A stretch of 64,000 nucleotides of DNA. It comes from Eledone cirrhosa. Lineage: Eukaryota. Location: positions 26,288,001 to 26,352,000 of the forward strand of contig OZ024750.1 in assembly GCA_964016885.1 (NCBI GenBank), read 5' to 3'. Under the pieces are notes generated by a model, which saw only the letters and a program-made list of their open reading frames with translations, searched no databases and had not been told where the DNA came from. Made by a program: the position numbers and the translations under genes. Of this stretch, positions 12,437 through 29,208 are shown piece after piece; positions within the stretch are counted from its first letter, which is position 1; the number at the start of each line of letters is the position of its first letter.

Positions 12437-13030
12437 TCGTTTTCGAGTACGGCCACTACTTTATATCTATGTAGAAGAACCCCTACCGATGCGCTGAACA
12501 AGTGTGACTTTTTAGACCAGCTGGCGACTTGAAAACTCTGGTACAAACACTACACCTGTGACATTTATTGACACATAGTGCTGGGCCCATGGTGCCATGT
12601 GACGACAAGGGCAGAGAGATCTCCAGATATAAAGCAATGCCTGTGCCGTGAAGCCTTTATAGCGAGCAAAGGCACTGCACAAAGCCAGTCCCACTCTCTT
12701 AACCATGATGATATTTACCAAAAAGAAGAACAAGTCAACATCATTGGATACCATCAGGGTTGCAGGTGTTATATCAGAGTTTTCCTTCTCCTAGAATTCT
12801 GCCTTGACAAAGGCTAAGGGGTCATCTCTCCCAGTGATTTTGGATGGCCATTGACTCTTAAGAGCTCCGTTGCCCTTTGACAGGTTTTGTTTTTAGTCCT
12901 GCAGGATGTCCAAAGTCACCCTCCTCACCAAGAAACCTTGGTGGGGTTGCCAGTTTAGTCGCCAACGACCCGACCATGAGACAGGCTGTACTGGAATACA
13001 TGTTACCAGTAGCACCAACTGGTGACCTGA
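12437..13030 (+). mobile_element. ~600-bp non-autonomous retroposon with (TACA)n tail, copy 1
   Basis: Near-identical copies at 28108-28714 (-) and 34998-35600 (+). Internal gagttttccttctcctaga..gccttgacaaaggctaa resembles RTE 5' UTRs. Confidence 0.75.
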
Positions 13031-13072
13031 CATACATACATACATACATACATACATACATACATACATACA

Positions 13073-13106
<34 letters not shown>

Positions 13107-13711
13107 CATACATACATACGATGGCGACCGTTGTGGTCAGTGTCCGATAATCGGACGTGTGTAATTACGGCTTACATGAAGGCAACATACCATATATTAG
13201 AAAAAGTTGAGCTACATTACGCGATAAGATTGCATACAATAATTCTACATAAGTGTTTGAACTGTAAGTGTGTTGTAAAACACCTATTTATATGAACGAT
13301 ACATACACTTTAACATATAAATGCAACGTTGTTATATTACATTTATAAAGAAATATACAAGTAACGTTTTCGATTCAGAAACAAAACATAGGTGTTTGAA
13401 ATGTGAATATGTTGTGAATAAGTTGTAGAACACCTATTTATATGAATGATACATAAACTTTAACATATAAGTACAGCGTTGTTATATTATATTACATTCA
13501 TAAAGAAATATACTAAGTAACGGTTCTTTTTGTTCTCGATTCAACGTTTAAAACACAGTTGTAGAATTAAAAAGTAACTGAAAAGAAATATTACCCAAGC
13601 TGTGAAAAACTTTAAATTTGATTCTGACAGAACTTTGTCGAAACTTTTAAAGAAGATCATCGACTATTTTGAAAAATAAATACGAAATATTAGTGAATAG
13701 ACGAACTCATC

Positions 13712-15981
13712 ATGGCAAAATGTACAAGTCTCCTTCGACCAAATCGCAACTACAACCGTTGTATACAGTGAATGTACGAGCTTAACAAAGAATTATATGA
13801 AGCATACAAACAATCTGAACCCCAAAAGTTCGGTTTTATGCAAAGGCTAAAAACTTTATGGAACTCCAAACACCCAGAATTAGACTTTTCTCCAAAGCAT
13901 TTAAATGAACAGGCAAAACGTATCATTAGATGTAAATTGATACATCTAACGGAATTGAGTGATACTACAAATACAGCCCTTGCAGACAACCACCCCACCT
14001 CCACTGACAGACAAAGAGAATGGCCAGCTAAATCTAACAGTGAACAGCTCACCAACAATTTTGCTGAAATCCATCCCACTTCCACTGAAGAACAGCGAGA
14101 AAGGTCAGCTAACTCTAGTAGTAATTGTCACCACATCAACAACGAGGCTGAAATTCATGACTCTACTGTACAAACAGAAGACCAAAAACTAGTGGACACC
14201 TTACAAGTGAAATGGGACGATATGTTTCAAGAGATACACAGCGTTAATGTGAGTGACAGACCATACAAGACCAGAACCAGTAAAGAACACACTAAATTGG
14301 AATTGGAAGCGGTGAACGAAATAGCTGGCAATTATCTGAAGGTTATACGATCTAAATGTGTAGAAACGACATTTGAAACGCTTAATATTTTGTTATGTTT
14401 CAGCTGTCACATTGCTATCATATAACACACATCTAAAACTACGTAATCAAGATACAAACAAAAAGCCTGAACCAGCGTGCATGCGAAATTTAAAAAGCAA
14501 AATTTTGTCCCTAAGACGAAGTATCTCACACATCGCAGTCGTTATGAAATGCAACATAGAGAGCAACTTCACACGACACCAGGAAGACCTAAAAAAAAAG
14601 TTAGAGAGACGATTTGGAGATACAAAATTTAAAACTTTGAACTCCAAATTACACCAGTTGAAACAACAACTCACAGCTACAACAGAAAGACTAAAATATA
14701 AGTCAACAGCACATAAACGACAAGTACTAAATAGATTGTTTGCCAGAGATCCTAAATCAGTTTATCGCAGCTTCGGTGGTAAAAGCTCAATCCCTGTAAA
14801 TGACACCCCTTCAAAAGAACAGGTTGAGAGCTACAGGAGATCTGTATGGGAAACGGATGACGGATTCAACAGACAAACTAATTGGCTAAAAGAACTGGAA
14901 CAGGACTACTGCCAACATGTCCAGACAAAACAATATGACATAGATGGATCAATACTGGAAACAGCTCTACAGAAAATGTCGAATAGGAAATCACCAGGCC
15001 GAGACCTCATTATAGGATACTGGTTGAAGAATTTCACTTTCTATCGGCAAGATCTCATACGGCTGTTTACAGAAACCATTAAAGGCACACAAGAACTGCC
15101 CAGATGATTATCAACTGCCACTACTCTCCTCATTCCCCAAAATAGCCAAACCACCCTTGCTAAAAATTACCGCCCAATAGCCTGCCAAAACATCATGTAT
15201 AAATTATATACTGGGTGCCTTAACCTGTTCTTACAGGATCACTGTGATACCAACAACATCATAACACCTGAGCAAGCTGGTAGAAAGAGGGAGGTGTGGG
15301 GTTGCATAGATCACCTACTAACTAATAAAATGATTCAGGAAAAAACAACAAAGAATCGCAGAAACATGACTGTGGTGTGGCTGGACTATCAAAAAGCATT
15401 TGATAGTGTACCTCATGGGTGGATTATTAAGGCTTTACAGTTAGCCAAAGTCCCACAACCATTGGTAGCTGCTGTTGAACGCATGACCAAGAACTGGTAC
15501 ACCGATTTGATCCTTAGAGGTGAGAAGGAGCAAGTTAAGACTGATAAGATACATTACCAGAAGGACATCTTTCAGGGTGATAGCTTGTCAGTGCTACTCT
15601 TCGTTCTCTCACTAAATCCACTATCTTACCTACTCAGAAAACAAGGTGGACAAAGAAGTGGGTCCAGAAGTATCTCCCATCTTTTCTTTGTTGATTACCT
15701 GAAGTTGTATGGGCCAAATACCAATGACACCAAGAAACAATTGGACCTCATTACACAATTTTAAACACAGGAGTTTACAAATCCAGTATCCAAGATACAC
15801 CTTTAGCTTCATACCCATCATTATTGGAGCTACGGGTTATATACTAACCCGCTTGAACCAAAGTATGACTGAACTTGGATTTGCGGACAAAGAGCGCAGC
15901 TCCCTCATTCATAGTCTACAAATGGCTGCGATAGCTGCTACCTTCAACATTTTCAAAACATTCTTGCGATTCAAGGGATGA
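13712..15981 (+). pseudogene. Decayed RLE-type non-LTR retrotransposon (R4/NeSL-like)
   Basis: Fragments FGFMQRLKTLWNSKHPE, KSPGRDLIIGYWLK, NYRPIAC, WLDYQKAFDSVPH, IFQGDSLS, HLFFVDYLKLY, then a deletion to the terminal IPIIIGATG. Stops and frameshifts throughout. Confidence 0.85.
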
Positions 15982-16222
15982 CAATTTCTTTTCTTTTACA
16001 ACCTTGCCACCAGTCAACGCGATCAGTCGCATATTTTGGCGTGGGAGGCTATTTATTAAATTTAAGATGAATACTATCTCCGACAGTAATGCCACAACTA
16101 CAGTCATGTTGAATAATTGGTTATTCTTCTAACTATATCTTCTGAAGACACCTTTTATTCGAATTCGTATAGATATCCGGATAATTACATAATTCATTTT
16201 ACAAGGGTTTGCTACAAACAGT

Positions 16223-17200
16223 ATGGCTGAACACAACATCAACAACAAAATTAAGGAAGTACCGAAGACAAATAACAAGGAAGGTAAACAAACTTTATTC
16301 AGTTGTAGCTACAGAAGAAACCGAAATTATAAATCGCATTTCTCTTGGAGTTGCGAACTTAATAATGATTTATTTAATTGTTATAAAATGTCAAAAACCA
16401 ATCCCTCCATTGGCTATATGAACAGAATGAAGCTACACTGGGAGGAAATACACCCAGAGCTAAATTATTCCACAGCGAAACAATTACGCCAACAAGCGAC
16501 GTTTGTTGAACGTAAAAATAAGATAAATATTATTAATTGTAAGTCCCCCACAACAAACATATTATCAACAGCACGTGCTACAGGTCGCCATGCTACTAGA
16601 CTTCCTAGCAGCCAGGTCGAACAGCGCCTTGAAACAACTATGCCTGTAAGAAACTTGACACCACCTGTACCATCTAAGTCTACCTCGAATGGTGGGGAAA
16701 ACACCATCGATAATAATAATAATCGAAGAAATAATAATAATAATCGAAGAAATTTGACACCGCGTGTACCATCCGAGTCTACCTCGACTGTTGTGGAAAA
16801 TACTATCGATAATGATAATAATCAAAAGTATAAACAATTGAAATATTCCCTCAACGAAATCTTCCAGTGAGAAATTAATTCATGTATAAATATCTCTCTT
16901 GCTGAACGTATTTAAACGACAATGTTTCATAAAAAAACAAATAATGAAATATTACGTGTTGACGAAATAGGGGATGAATATTTACGACGGATAAAAACCC
17001 CAACATTTTGGCAAAACAACGCCTGTTTATATGCCTTAGCAATGACAGTGAAGCATTATCAAACACACAGCATTATCAAACACACAAAAAACCTCATTCC
17101 TCACCAACAAAGAGTGAAAAATAAAATAGAGACGATGTTTGGTAACAGTAGAACCAGAACTCTCCAATATAAGCTGATCACCATCAAACAAGAATTGAAG
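16223..17200 (+). pseudogene. N-terminal fragment of a second R4/NeSL-like LINE
   Basis: WSCELNNDLFNCYKMS..GYMNRMKLHWEEIHPE..KQLRQQA is homologous to the N-terminus at 13772. Confidence 0.6.
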
Positions 17201-19385
17201 TGAGGCCAGCATCAAGCGTTTTCGATATCGCGTAAATACTAAACTAATCATGGGTGATGTCTCGGCCGCAGTCAGAGTGGTTGCCTCAGAGGACACTGTC
17301 CTGCAATCCATCGAGGAGGTCATGGCTGCCCTGCGACTCAAGCTCCCTGAGCCACCTGTTGACCTACCTCCACTCGATCCCCAGCTGCTCCTTGTGGTTT
17401 CCGTGTCTCATCAAGTCCTTCCCAGCTAGCAGCAGCGGAGGTGCTGATGGTCTCCGACCTGGCCACCTCAAGGAGTTGCTATCCCCTCTCTAGGCGCCCT
17501 GGATGCTCACGCCCGAGGTTTCTTTTTTTCACTCTCAGGAAGAAAGAGGGTTGCATACGCCCCATCGCTGTGGGTAATTTCTTCCGGAGGTTGGCTGCTA
17601 AGGTGGTCTCCAGGTCCATAACACCTGAACTGGATGAGGAGTTCAGTCCGGTGCATCAGGGTGTCGGTGTGTCCGTGGATATGAGGGGGCGCACATGCAA
17701 CCAGGCAGTCTTCAACCGGAACCAGCATCCAGGGACTCCAGGCACCTCATTGTCAAGCTTGACATGAGGGACCATCTGCTTGATGCCTGTCTCAGCCGAA
17801 CCCTCTCCGGCTACCCGCTGGCCTACCTGTCATATGGATCCCCGAGCATGCTCCTTGCTGCTGATACGGTTATCTTCGGCCACTGGGGGCCTACAGGGTG
17901 ACCCTTTGATCCCCCTCCTGTTTGTGCTTGGTATAAACCACATTGCCCGTAGTATCACGGTCCCTCTCAACGTTTGGTACCTGGATAATTCTACCCTCGA
18001 AGAGCCCGCGGAGACTGTCTGCCACGACCTTCAATCGGCCTCCAGCTCAACTCGCCCAAGTCGGATGTGGTGACTTTCAGCCATGATGCTGAGAGCTTTG
18101 CAGCCTCCGTCGCGGACGTGCGGTCTATACTCTACCAGGTAGATGTGACCCCCAAAGAGGATGTCCTCATCCTCGGGTCACCGATCCACCCGCCTACCAT
18201 CCGCTCCACCATTAGATCCAGGCTCCAACAACTCATGACATTCACGAGCCGACTGTGCTTGATCGACGGCCATCCAGCTCTCTGTTGAGGAATTGCTTCG
18301 CCATGCCGAAGCTTCTCTACACCCTTCGCAGCGCTCGGTGCTACAGCCACGTATCTCTCCTCGCTGACCTCGATACTTGTATCCGAGCGGCAACCGAGGA
18401 GATATGCAACGTCAGGTTTGACGACTTTGGATGGCAACAGGCCACTTTACTTGTCAGATATGGTGGCCTTGGCTTCCGGTCCCCGATCTCGCTGGTTTTG
18501 CCGGCGTTTCTTTCATCGGTAACCTGAAGCTGCGCCCTCATCAGCAGGGTTCTCCAAAACACAATGAATCCCTATATGATCAAGGAACGTGACGCCGCCT
18601 GTGAGACGTGGGACCAGCTGGGACTTATCCCAGTAGACGTCCCTCCTCCTTCTCCCCCTTCTGTAGTAATGCTCCCCAAAAGCATTTGGGATGCCATCCA
18701 GTGCAGCCTGGCCTCAGGTAGGCTCATGCGCCAGCTCGACCAGTACAACCTTGCCTGTTTTCGCGCGGCCTCAAAAACCCACAGTGGTGCCTGGCTCCAT
18801 ACATGGCTCTCCTTTCACACAGGCACGCATTTGGAAAACGATAACCTGCGAATCTGCGTTTGCTTAAGCTTGGCCTCCGGGTCTGCGAGCCACAAAAATG
18901 TCGCTGTGGATCCATCATGGACTCTTTCGGCCTACACCCGCTTTCCTGTCACTACAGTGCCAGCCGCCTTCCATGCCATGCTGCCCTCAGCGAACTTATA
19001 AAGCCTGGTTTGTACGCTGCAGGCTTCCCCTCCCAACTCGAGCCGGTGGGGCTGGACCGAGGGGACGACAAAAGGCCAGATGGTATGACCATCTTCCCGT
19101 TCCGCGGAGGCAATACCTTTGTCTGGGCTGCTAGGTACTGCTGGCCGTCGCTCTGAGGAGCCCAGACTCACCAAGTATCAGTCGCCCTCCGACAAAGGCA
19201 ACTTCGGTGTCCTTGGCTCTAGTGCTACCTCTCTATTCACCACCATAGGCGGTGTGTGCCTCTCGAGTTGGGATGGCTCTTCCAGCACATCTCCGTTACC
19301 ATCCTCCAGGGAAACGCCTTCTCCATTCTGTCCGCCGGAGCTGTGGGGGACAGCACTTGGAACCACATTTGCTCACCATACGGAT
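17200..19385 (+). pseudogene. Decayed CRE-clade non-LTR retrotransposon (RT plus restriction-like endonuclease)
   Basis: GC-rich island with KKEGCIRPIAVGNFFRRLAAK, QGDPL, WYLDN, RYGGLG, SGAWLH, CRCG..GLHPLSC, EPVGLDRGDDKRPDG and QHISVTILQGNA in shifted frames. Confidence 0.85.
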
Positions 19386-19844
19386 TAAGACATATAACCT
19401 CTCTTTTTCTTTTATTTACTCTTTTACGATTAAAAGGTTTGTCTTACATAATACTGCAGTAAAAAAAAACGCAAGCAAATTATATAGTGAAATAGAACAT
19501 GAGTAATCTACCGATGTTTAGCACAATGAGTGCACACGTCGTCTCGAGACACTGAACGCTAACGATAATTCCGTTAGCATCGTCGAGAAGAACGCCACTA
19601 AGACAAAATTTTCGGAGTTTTCCTCATTTTCGATTTATAATTTAACCCGGCTTGCAATGTCCTCCCTTTCTATTGCTGGATTTATTATATTATTAACATG
19701 GCAGACCACTTTAGCAGATGGTAAGATAATAACTAATTTGTTATTCTATTCACTTATTGAATACTTTGATTTCTTGTCTGTCCTCAAATATTTTTCTAAT
19801 TTTCATTAATACTGTCATGTTGTCACCTGATCCTCCAACCTAAC

Positions 19845-20076
19845 AGTATTGTTATACTTTGGGAGGGTCATGTTGCCAATAAGAAACATACGCACCAGTT
19901 GCTTTCACTCCAATTTATTATAAATTAAATTTATAAATTTAAAAATTTATAAATTTCGGTTGGTTGGTTGGTTCTACAACCGGACGGTTGTTCATATACT
20001 GTCAAAGTTCTTTCGTCACACATTCTGTGACCTCTTCAGTGACTGGGGATTCTTTTCTTTGTTTTGTGCCTCTCCT
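19845..20076 (-). mobile_element. Short PLE pseudo-LTR containing a hammerhead (inverted partner at 24755-24984)
   Basis: ~230-bp reverse-complement match to 24755-24984. Next to TA/TG microsatellites. Confidence 0.75.
20001..20043 (-). ncRNA. Minimal type I hammerhead ribozyme
   Basis: GUCA-CUGAAGA-G-GUCACA-gaaug-UGUGAC-GAAAG-aa-CUU/-UGAC. Confidence 0.75.
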
Positions 20077-21645
20077 ATATATATATATATATCTTACTCC
20101 ACTATATATATATATCTTTGTGTTTGTGTGTGTGTGTGTGTGTGTGTGGGGGCGTGTGTGTGCGTGTATATACATGTGTATATGTCATCATCATCATCAT
20201 CATTTCACGTCCGCTTTCATCTGTAAGCAAGTTTTGCGTCTGTTACATAGAACAAATTAGTACTGAAGCGTGTCTTCTGACCAATCAGTCAGGCCAAGGT
20301 CACATCGAGTTGTTTTTGACACAAACTGAAGGGTCCTACTCACCCTTTGTTTAGTAAGCTTTCTACGGCCGTATCCCTTTCTTACTACCAACTGCGTTGC
20401 AGCCTGTACTGATTGCTTTTATTGTGTAGATCAGCAGGACTAAGGAGGTTGTGTTTTTAAACAACTAAAGGTTTATCTCAATTCTTTTATGTATGGGATC
20501 TACAGCGGGTGAACTTCCACTCACCAACCACTCTGGAGAGGTTGACCATAAATCAAACTGCAGAACCCTTCAAATGTGGAGAAGGGACAATAAGGGAGGG
20601 AGATAAGTATGAAGTTATAGGTATGTGTGGGGGTTTGTTTGGCAAGACAATGAGTAAGGGGTAGCAGTTACTGATTAGTGCATGGGGTGTATTGGTGTGA
20701 GGGATGTGGTCAACATGGTGGAGGTTGTGGCGTGATAGAGAGATAAGAAGCGGGTTTAGGGATGAGTAAGAGTTAGGGATAGCTGATTAGTGTACTGGGA
20801 GTGGGGCATGTAGTGAAGGATGTGGTCGATAGAGATAGGGGTCGTGTTAGCGAGATGGGTATGTGATAGTGAGAGATAAGGTTTGCTAATAGTGGTGGAG
20901 TGAACAATGGGGAGAGAAAGCAGCTACTATTGGTGAGGATATCTAAGATGTCTAGTGTTTGAGTGGTTCTCGAGTGTATATGTGTAGTGGATGCCGCATT
21001 GGGGAGAACAGATGGGGAAAGTAATCATAGGAGGGAGGGTGTACTTCATGGATGGGTCAGGTCATATTTTATGATTCTGGTCGGGTCTTCATTAACACAG
21101 CATAGCGCCAGCCACATCTGCCACATCTCTTGTGAGTCCATCGATTTCACTCTGTGCACCTTATAGAACTCCTGCCCAGCCTTTTCTGGCATATCGAACA
21201 CAGCCATCTCCCTGATTGTATCCCCTTCTTGTCCTCTTTCGTGCTTAGCCCTTTTGCCTCTGATGCGATTAGTTTTAGGCTTTTCAACTCTAAGTTCTTG
21301 CATGTTTGAAGTTTTGTCCTTTACCATCCTACGGATTCAGTTGAGGTACACAGTACAGTTGCGAAATACTCAGTGAAAAACAGTGAAGAACAGTGATAAA
21401 TAGGAGTGGACTAAGGAGCCTGGTGGACATCGAACTGCACTCCATCACTCTACTGGCATCCAGCTATTTTATATATGGCCCAAACTGCTTTCACAAGTCA
21501 TTCATCTACATGAAAGGTTCTCACCCCATTTCGGCCAAACGCCCCTTTTGCCACTCGAAATCACGAAACGCCTCCCTACCCTATTTTTCCATTTTTCAAT
21601 ATACTACTGACTTTGATATCAGTAGATTACTGGGCCAAATCAAGT

Positions 21646-22244
21646 TATGTTAGAATCTTTAAAATATACTCGTACGAATTAAGTACAAAAAGTTTCAGTC
21701 CAAAATAAAAGCAAACTATTTCAAATTATATATTTTAGAAAAACAGACGTGAATGTTCTCAAAGATTTGATCTCAGTCGAAAAAACTTTTTTTTTTTAAA
21801 TTCTATATTTCACTGTTAGCTGTTGCCATATTTTGAGTGGATAGACAATTCTACAATTCAAACTGCAAAGTCAAAATACAAAAGATGCAAATTATGAAGA
21901 ATTTCTTACCTTTCTCTGAAATCCCAAACTCAGGGGAAAAATAGACCTTGCAAAATAAAATACCTCGTCATGTAGCAAAGAATAAATTGAGAAGTTTGGT
22001 GACAGTGAGAAAGAAATATCTGTATTCCTTATATATATACACATAGATAGATACACACCCACCCATATAAATGCGCGCGCAGACACACACACACACAGAC
22101 ACACACACACACACACATATATATACATACACGTACACAAACTTCAGTGTGTGTGCTCTGGTTTTGGTACAGAAAGAATTTTGTCTCCAGTTTTTATTGC
22201 CAGGTCAAACGCCACTGCTCTTTTTAACGACGCCAAATAACAAG

Positions 22245-22250
<6 letters not shown>
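21646..22250. repeat. Local duplicated segment, copy B (of 772-1361)
   Basis: Colinear diverged match to copy A; also ends in a (TA)n tract that hosts a PLE. Confidence 0.85.
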
Positions 22251-22275
<25 letters not shown>

Positions 22276-22284
<9 letters not shown>

Positions 22285-24427
22285 AAAATTTTATTTAAAA
22301 TTGTTGGGTTACAACGAGTAAATATTTTATAACTGATATAAAAGCACTCAACAGATTTTGGAGTATTTTACGATATTAAACAAATGGAAACTACATTTAT
22401 AAAACCATATTTATTTCATTATATATATTTCAGGGATATCATATTAAAAATATGGTATGCCCTCTTCAGACAAAATACAATATATAAACAGTTTTATAAA
22501 TAAATTTGACATACCTTGAAAAATTTACAACTTCCATTTAAAAAGTTGTTATGGTAGTGAGAATAATAAGGACAGTTAGAAAGAAAGAAAGAAAAGAAAA
22601 ACGGAGAAAAAAGAAAAAAGAAAAAGAAGGAAAAAAAGAAACAGAAAGAGCGGAAGGTGAAGAAGATGAAGAAATGTATGTAAAGAGAAAAACACCAAAT
22701 GAGAGATTTATGAGGGAAGGGGGTACTGTAATTATTTATTAATTTATTTATTTAGTGTTAAGGATACGGGGAGAAATAAAACAAAAACAAAAATAAATAA
22801 GGAGAGGTAGATCGAGTAACATCTATTATACGAGGTGGGAGAGATAGGGAAGGGGTGAGATACAGGAGATAGAGTTAAAACAGCCGATACATAAGTCCCG
22901 TTAAATGTAGAGGGAGGAGGAGAGGAGATATACTTAGAAATAAAAATGATAGTTTTAAAATATTATGTTTCATCAGTCTATCAATTCCTATGAATTATAA
23001 TGTAAATATCAATATTCATGAATGAGACACATATCAATAATGTGTGAAAAAATAATGACTATATGTTTAGTTTAAAAATTCTTAGGTATACAATCAAAAT
23101 CTGAGATAAAACTTCAAAAAAATACTGAAATACATAAGTATATATGTATTTTCATGAAAAAAGAGAAAAAGAAAAAAGAGAAAGAAAAAGAGAAGGTTAT
23201 CTCAAATTGACATTATAGACATATGTGAGCTCACGTGAACAGCTCTGTAAATTTTTATTTCACATGAAAAGCTTCATTGCGTTAAAATAGATTCTACCGT
23301 ACATATATGTACATACATACATATACATAAAATATACATTATTAGTAATAATAATAATATTCTTGCCCTCTCATACATGATTATCGTTCAAGCATAGAAT
23401 AGAACAGATATCAATATATTAAAATATTAAAATATTAAAAATATTAAAAAAATATTAAAAAAATATTAAAAACGCCAAGAATATTTCATTCCCCAGAATA
23501 TCTAGGGCCGTAAAAAACACAGTGTGCCCCGCATATCAATCAATCCTTCCAATTTATTTGACAATATATTGCCAAGTTCATTAGAAGCAATCAGAATCAA
23601 AACAAACAAAACCAAAATTATTCACCAAACTTATTTAGCAGAAATCATAAAAAAAAAAAAAAAACTTTAGGATACCCGGTTGTTCTACAGATGCTCTTAT
23701 ATTTATTATAGAAGTTTATCTAGCTTAAAAATGTTATTCAATAGATTTGGGAGCATCACCATTTTAAGGTAGTTTAATTACATTATTAATTATATACTCA
23801 TGAAGAAGGTTTAAAGAATTGAAGGAATCGAAAGATTTATCGCCAAGTTTTCAAAAATAATTAAAAAATAATTAAAAAGTAATTAAAAATCTTAAGTAAA
23901 TATACTACATTTTAAATTTATATTTATATTTAAAAGTTGAGTTCAATCTATGTCTGCAACAACTGAATAAATTGGTCCGTAAATTAAGGGAATTTTTAGA
24001 TTTCAGTATAAAGAATATCTCCTCCGCACAGAGGTCACATGTCTCAGAGGAGGAGTTAAAAGGAATCCCTCTTGAGACTATATTCCAAACCATCGAATAT
24101 CCAACGTTATCATGTTTAAGTTGCCAGAGTAAACCTGATAGTGATGTTGAAGATTTTTTGTTTGGATCCGTGAAAGAATTCTTGTGATTATTATAGCGAA
24201 GTTTAAATTCTGTCGAGGTGGAACCAACATAATTAAAAGAATTTACGTCAGTTTTAACATTACAGTTGTATATTATATTTTTAACTAAGCAATTGTTATT
24301 TAACGGGCATTTAGATCTATCTCTACAGTTACAGTTGTTTACTTGAATATTGTTTATGCTATTATCGGTATTTTGGCTAGGTTTTAGATTCCTATTATTT
24401 ATTCTATTAATATTTTGTGCTAAATTT

Positions 24428-24431
<4 letters not shown>
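22276..24431 (-). mobile_element. 5'-truncated Penelope-like element (Naiad-like GIY-YIG end plus long 3' region)
   Basis: The - strand of 24430-23905 reads CNCRDRSKCPLNNNCLVKNIIY..NYVGSTSTEFKLRYNNHK..CDLCAEE..LNLRTNLFSCCRH. (TA)n on both sides. The 3' part matches 62515-63215. Confidence 0.9.
22412..22477 (-). ncRNA. Hammerhead ribozyme (family also at 48922-48987 +, 48846-48911 -, 63018-63083 +)
   Basis: UAUUUUGU-CUGAAGA-gggcauaccauauu-uuu-aauaugauauccc-u-GAAA-uauaua-UA/-AUGAAAUA. Confidence 0.7.
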
Positions 24432-24502
<71 letters not shown>

Positions 24503-24789
24503 GAGAGAAAGATTGAGGGACAGAGAGAGTAAGAAATGTGTGTGTGTCTGTGTTTCGTACACGTCTATCTATATATCTATCTAGAATTTACTGAAAGGTG
24601 GGTGGATGAAGTGAAAATGGCCCGAGCCACAAATGGGTTGTTTAATACCCGTCGATAGAACAACCCTCTACTCCAGGAGCGTATTGTGCAAGTACTACTT
24701 CCTTCCTTTTATTCTGTCCTACGCCATCTTGGAGATGGCATATGACAGAACAAAGGAGAGGCACAAAAAAACAAAGAAAAGAATCCCCA

Positions 24790-24832
24790 GTCACTGAAGA
24801 GGTCACAGAATGTGTGACGAAAGAACTTTGAC
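24790..24832 (+). ncRNA. Minimal type I hammerhead ribozyme
   Basis: gtca-CTGAAGA-g-gtcaca-gaatg-tgtgac-GAAAG-aa-CTT-tgac, identical to 20001-20043 (-). Confidence 0.75.
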
Positions 24833-25058
24833 AATATATAAACAACCATCTGGTTGTGGAACCAACCAACCAACGAGAAATTTATAAATTACTAAATTTA
24901 TAAATTTATTATAATAAATTGAAGTGAAACAACTGGTGCGTGTGTTTCTTATTGGCAACATGGCCCTCCCAAAGTATAACAATACATATATATATATGTG
25001 TATGTGCGTGTGTGCGTAAAATATATATATTATACACACACACACATACACACACACA

Positions 25059-28007
<2,949 letters not shown>

Positions 28008-28107
28008 TTACACACTTAAATATAAATGCATGTATATATACAAATGTATAAATGCATAGCTATATACATACGTAAGTGTATGTATATATGTATGTATGCA
28101 TGTATGT

Positions 28108-28714
28108 TAGGTCACCAGTTCGTGCTACTGGTAACATGTATCCCAGTACAACCTGTCTCATGGTCCGGTCGTTGGCGACTAAACTGGCAACCCCACCAAG
28201 GTTTCTTGGTGAGGAGGGTGACGTTGGACATCCTGCAGGACTAAAAACAAAACCTGTCAAAGGGCAATGGAGCTCTTAAAAGTCAATGGCCATCCAAAAT
28301 CACCGGGAGAGATGACCCCTTAGCATTTGTCAAGGCAGAATTCTAGGAGAAGGAAAACTCTGATATAACAGCTGCAACCCTGATGGTATCCAATGATGTT
28401 GACTTGTTCTTCTTTCTGGTAAATATCATCTTGGTTAAGAGAGTGGGACTGGCTTTGTGCAGTGCCTTTGCTCACTATAAAAGCTTCACGGCACAGGAAT
28501 TGCTTTATATCTGGAGATCTCTCTGCACTTGTCGTCACATGGTACCATGGGCCCAGCACTATGTGTCAATAATTGTCACAAGTGTAGTGTTTGTACCAAA
28601 GTTTTCAAGTCGCTGGCTGGACTAAAAAGTCACACTCGTTCAGCGCATCGGTAGGGGTTCTCCTACATGGATATAAAGTAGTGGCCGTACTCGAAAAAGA
28701 GTTTGCAGCTACCA
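28108..28714 (-). mobile_element. ~600-bp non-autonomous retroposon, copy 2
   Basis: Reverse-complement match to 12437-13030. Confidence 0.75.
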
Positions 28715-28774
28715 TGTATGTATGTAGATTTATATATATCTATATATGTAGATTTATATCTATATATCTATCTA

Positions 28775-28845
<71 letters not shown>

Positions 28846-28849
<4 letters not shown>

Positions 28850-29177
28850 TTGCGAGGTTTTTTATATGAAATCGTGTGTCGAAACAGATATTGTTATATT
28901 TGGGGAGGGTCATATTTGCGTAATATTGCCAGAATTAATAACAGAACACACTCACTGTTTGGTTGGTTTTCGCTTCTCGCTGTCTTTTATATATATATAT
29001 CTGCGATCTAACTTAGTTAGATCGCAGATATATATATATATATATCTGCGATCTAACTAAGTTAGATCGCAGATATATATATATAAAAGACAGCGAGAAG
29101 CGAAAACCAACCAAACAGTGAGTGTGTTCTGTTATTAATTCTGGCAATATTACGCAAATATGACCCTCCCCAAATAT

Positions 29178-29185
<8 letters not shown>
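28846..29185. repeat. Nested palindrome made from the 3' terminus of the 44275-45107 family
   Basis: Arms 28889-~29030 and ~29040-29184. Each arm itself contains atctgcgatctaact(t/a)agttagatcgcagat. Confidence 0.85.

Positions 29186-29208
<23 letters not shown>

Noticed and set aside
13612-13655. Hammerhead-like gaca-gaactt-tgtc-GAAAC
   Set aside because: No recognisable CUGANGA core at the right spacing and no clean stem I.
16140-16178. CTGAAGA followed by gaattcgta
   Set aside because: No stem II and no GAAA.
23905-24431. Selenocysteine (in-frame UGA) in Naiad-like PLE zinc motifs
   Set aside because: The CxC..C, CxxC and CxH positions here and at 4100-4495 use TGT/TGC; no UGA was seen.
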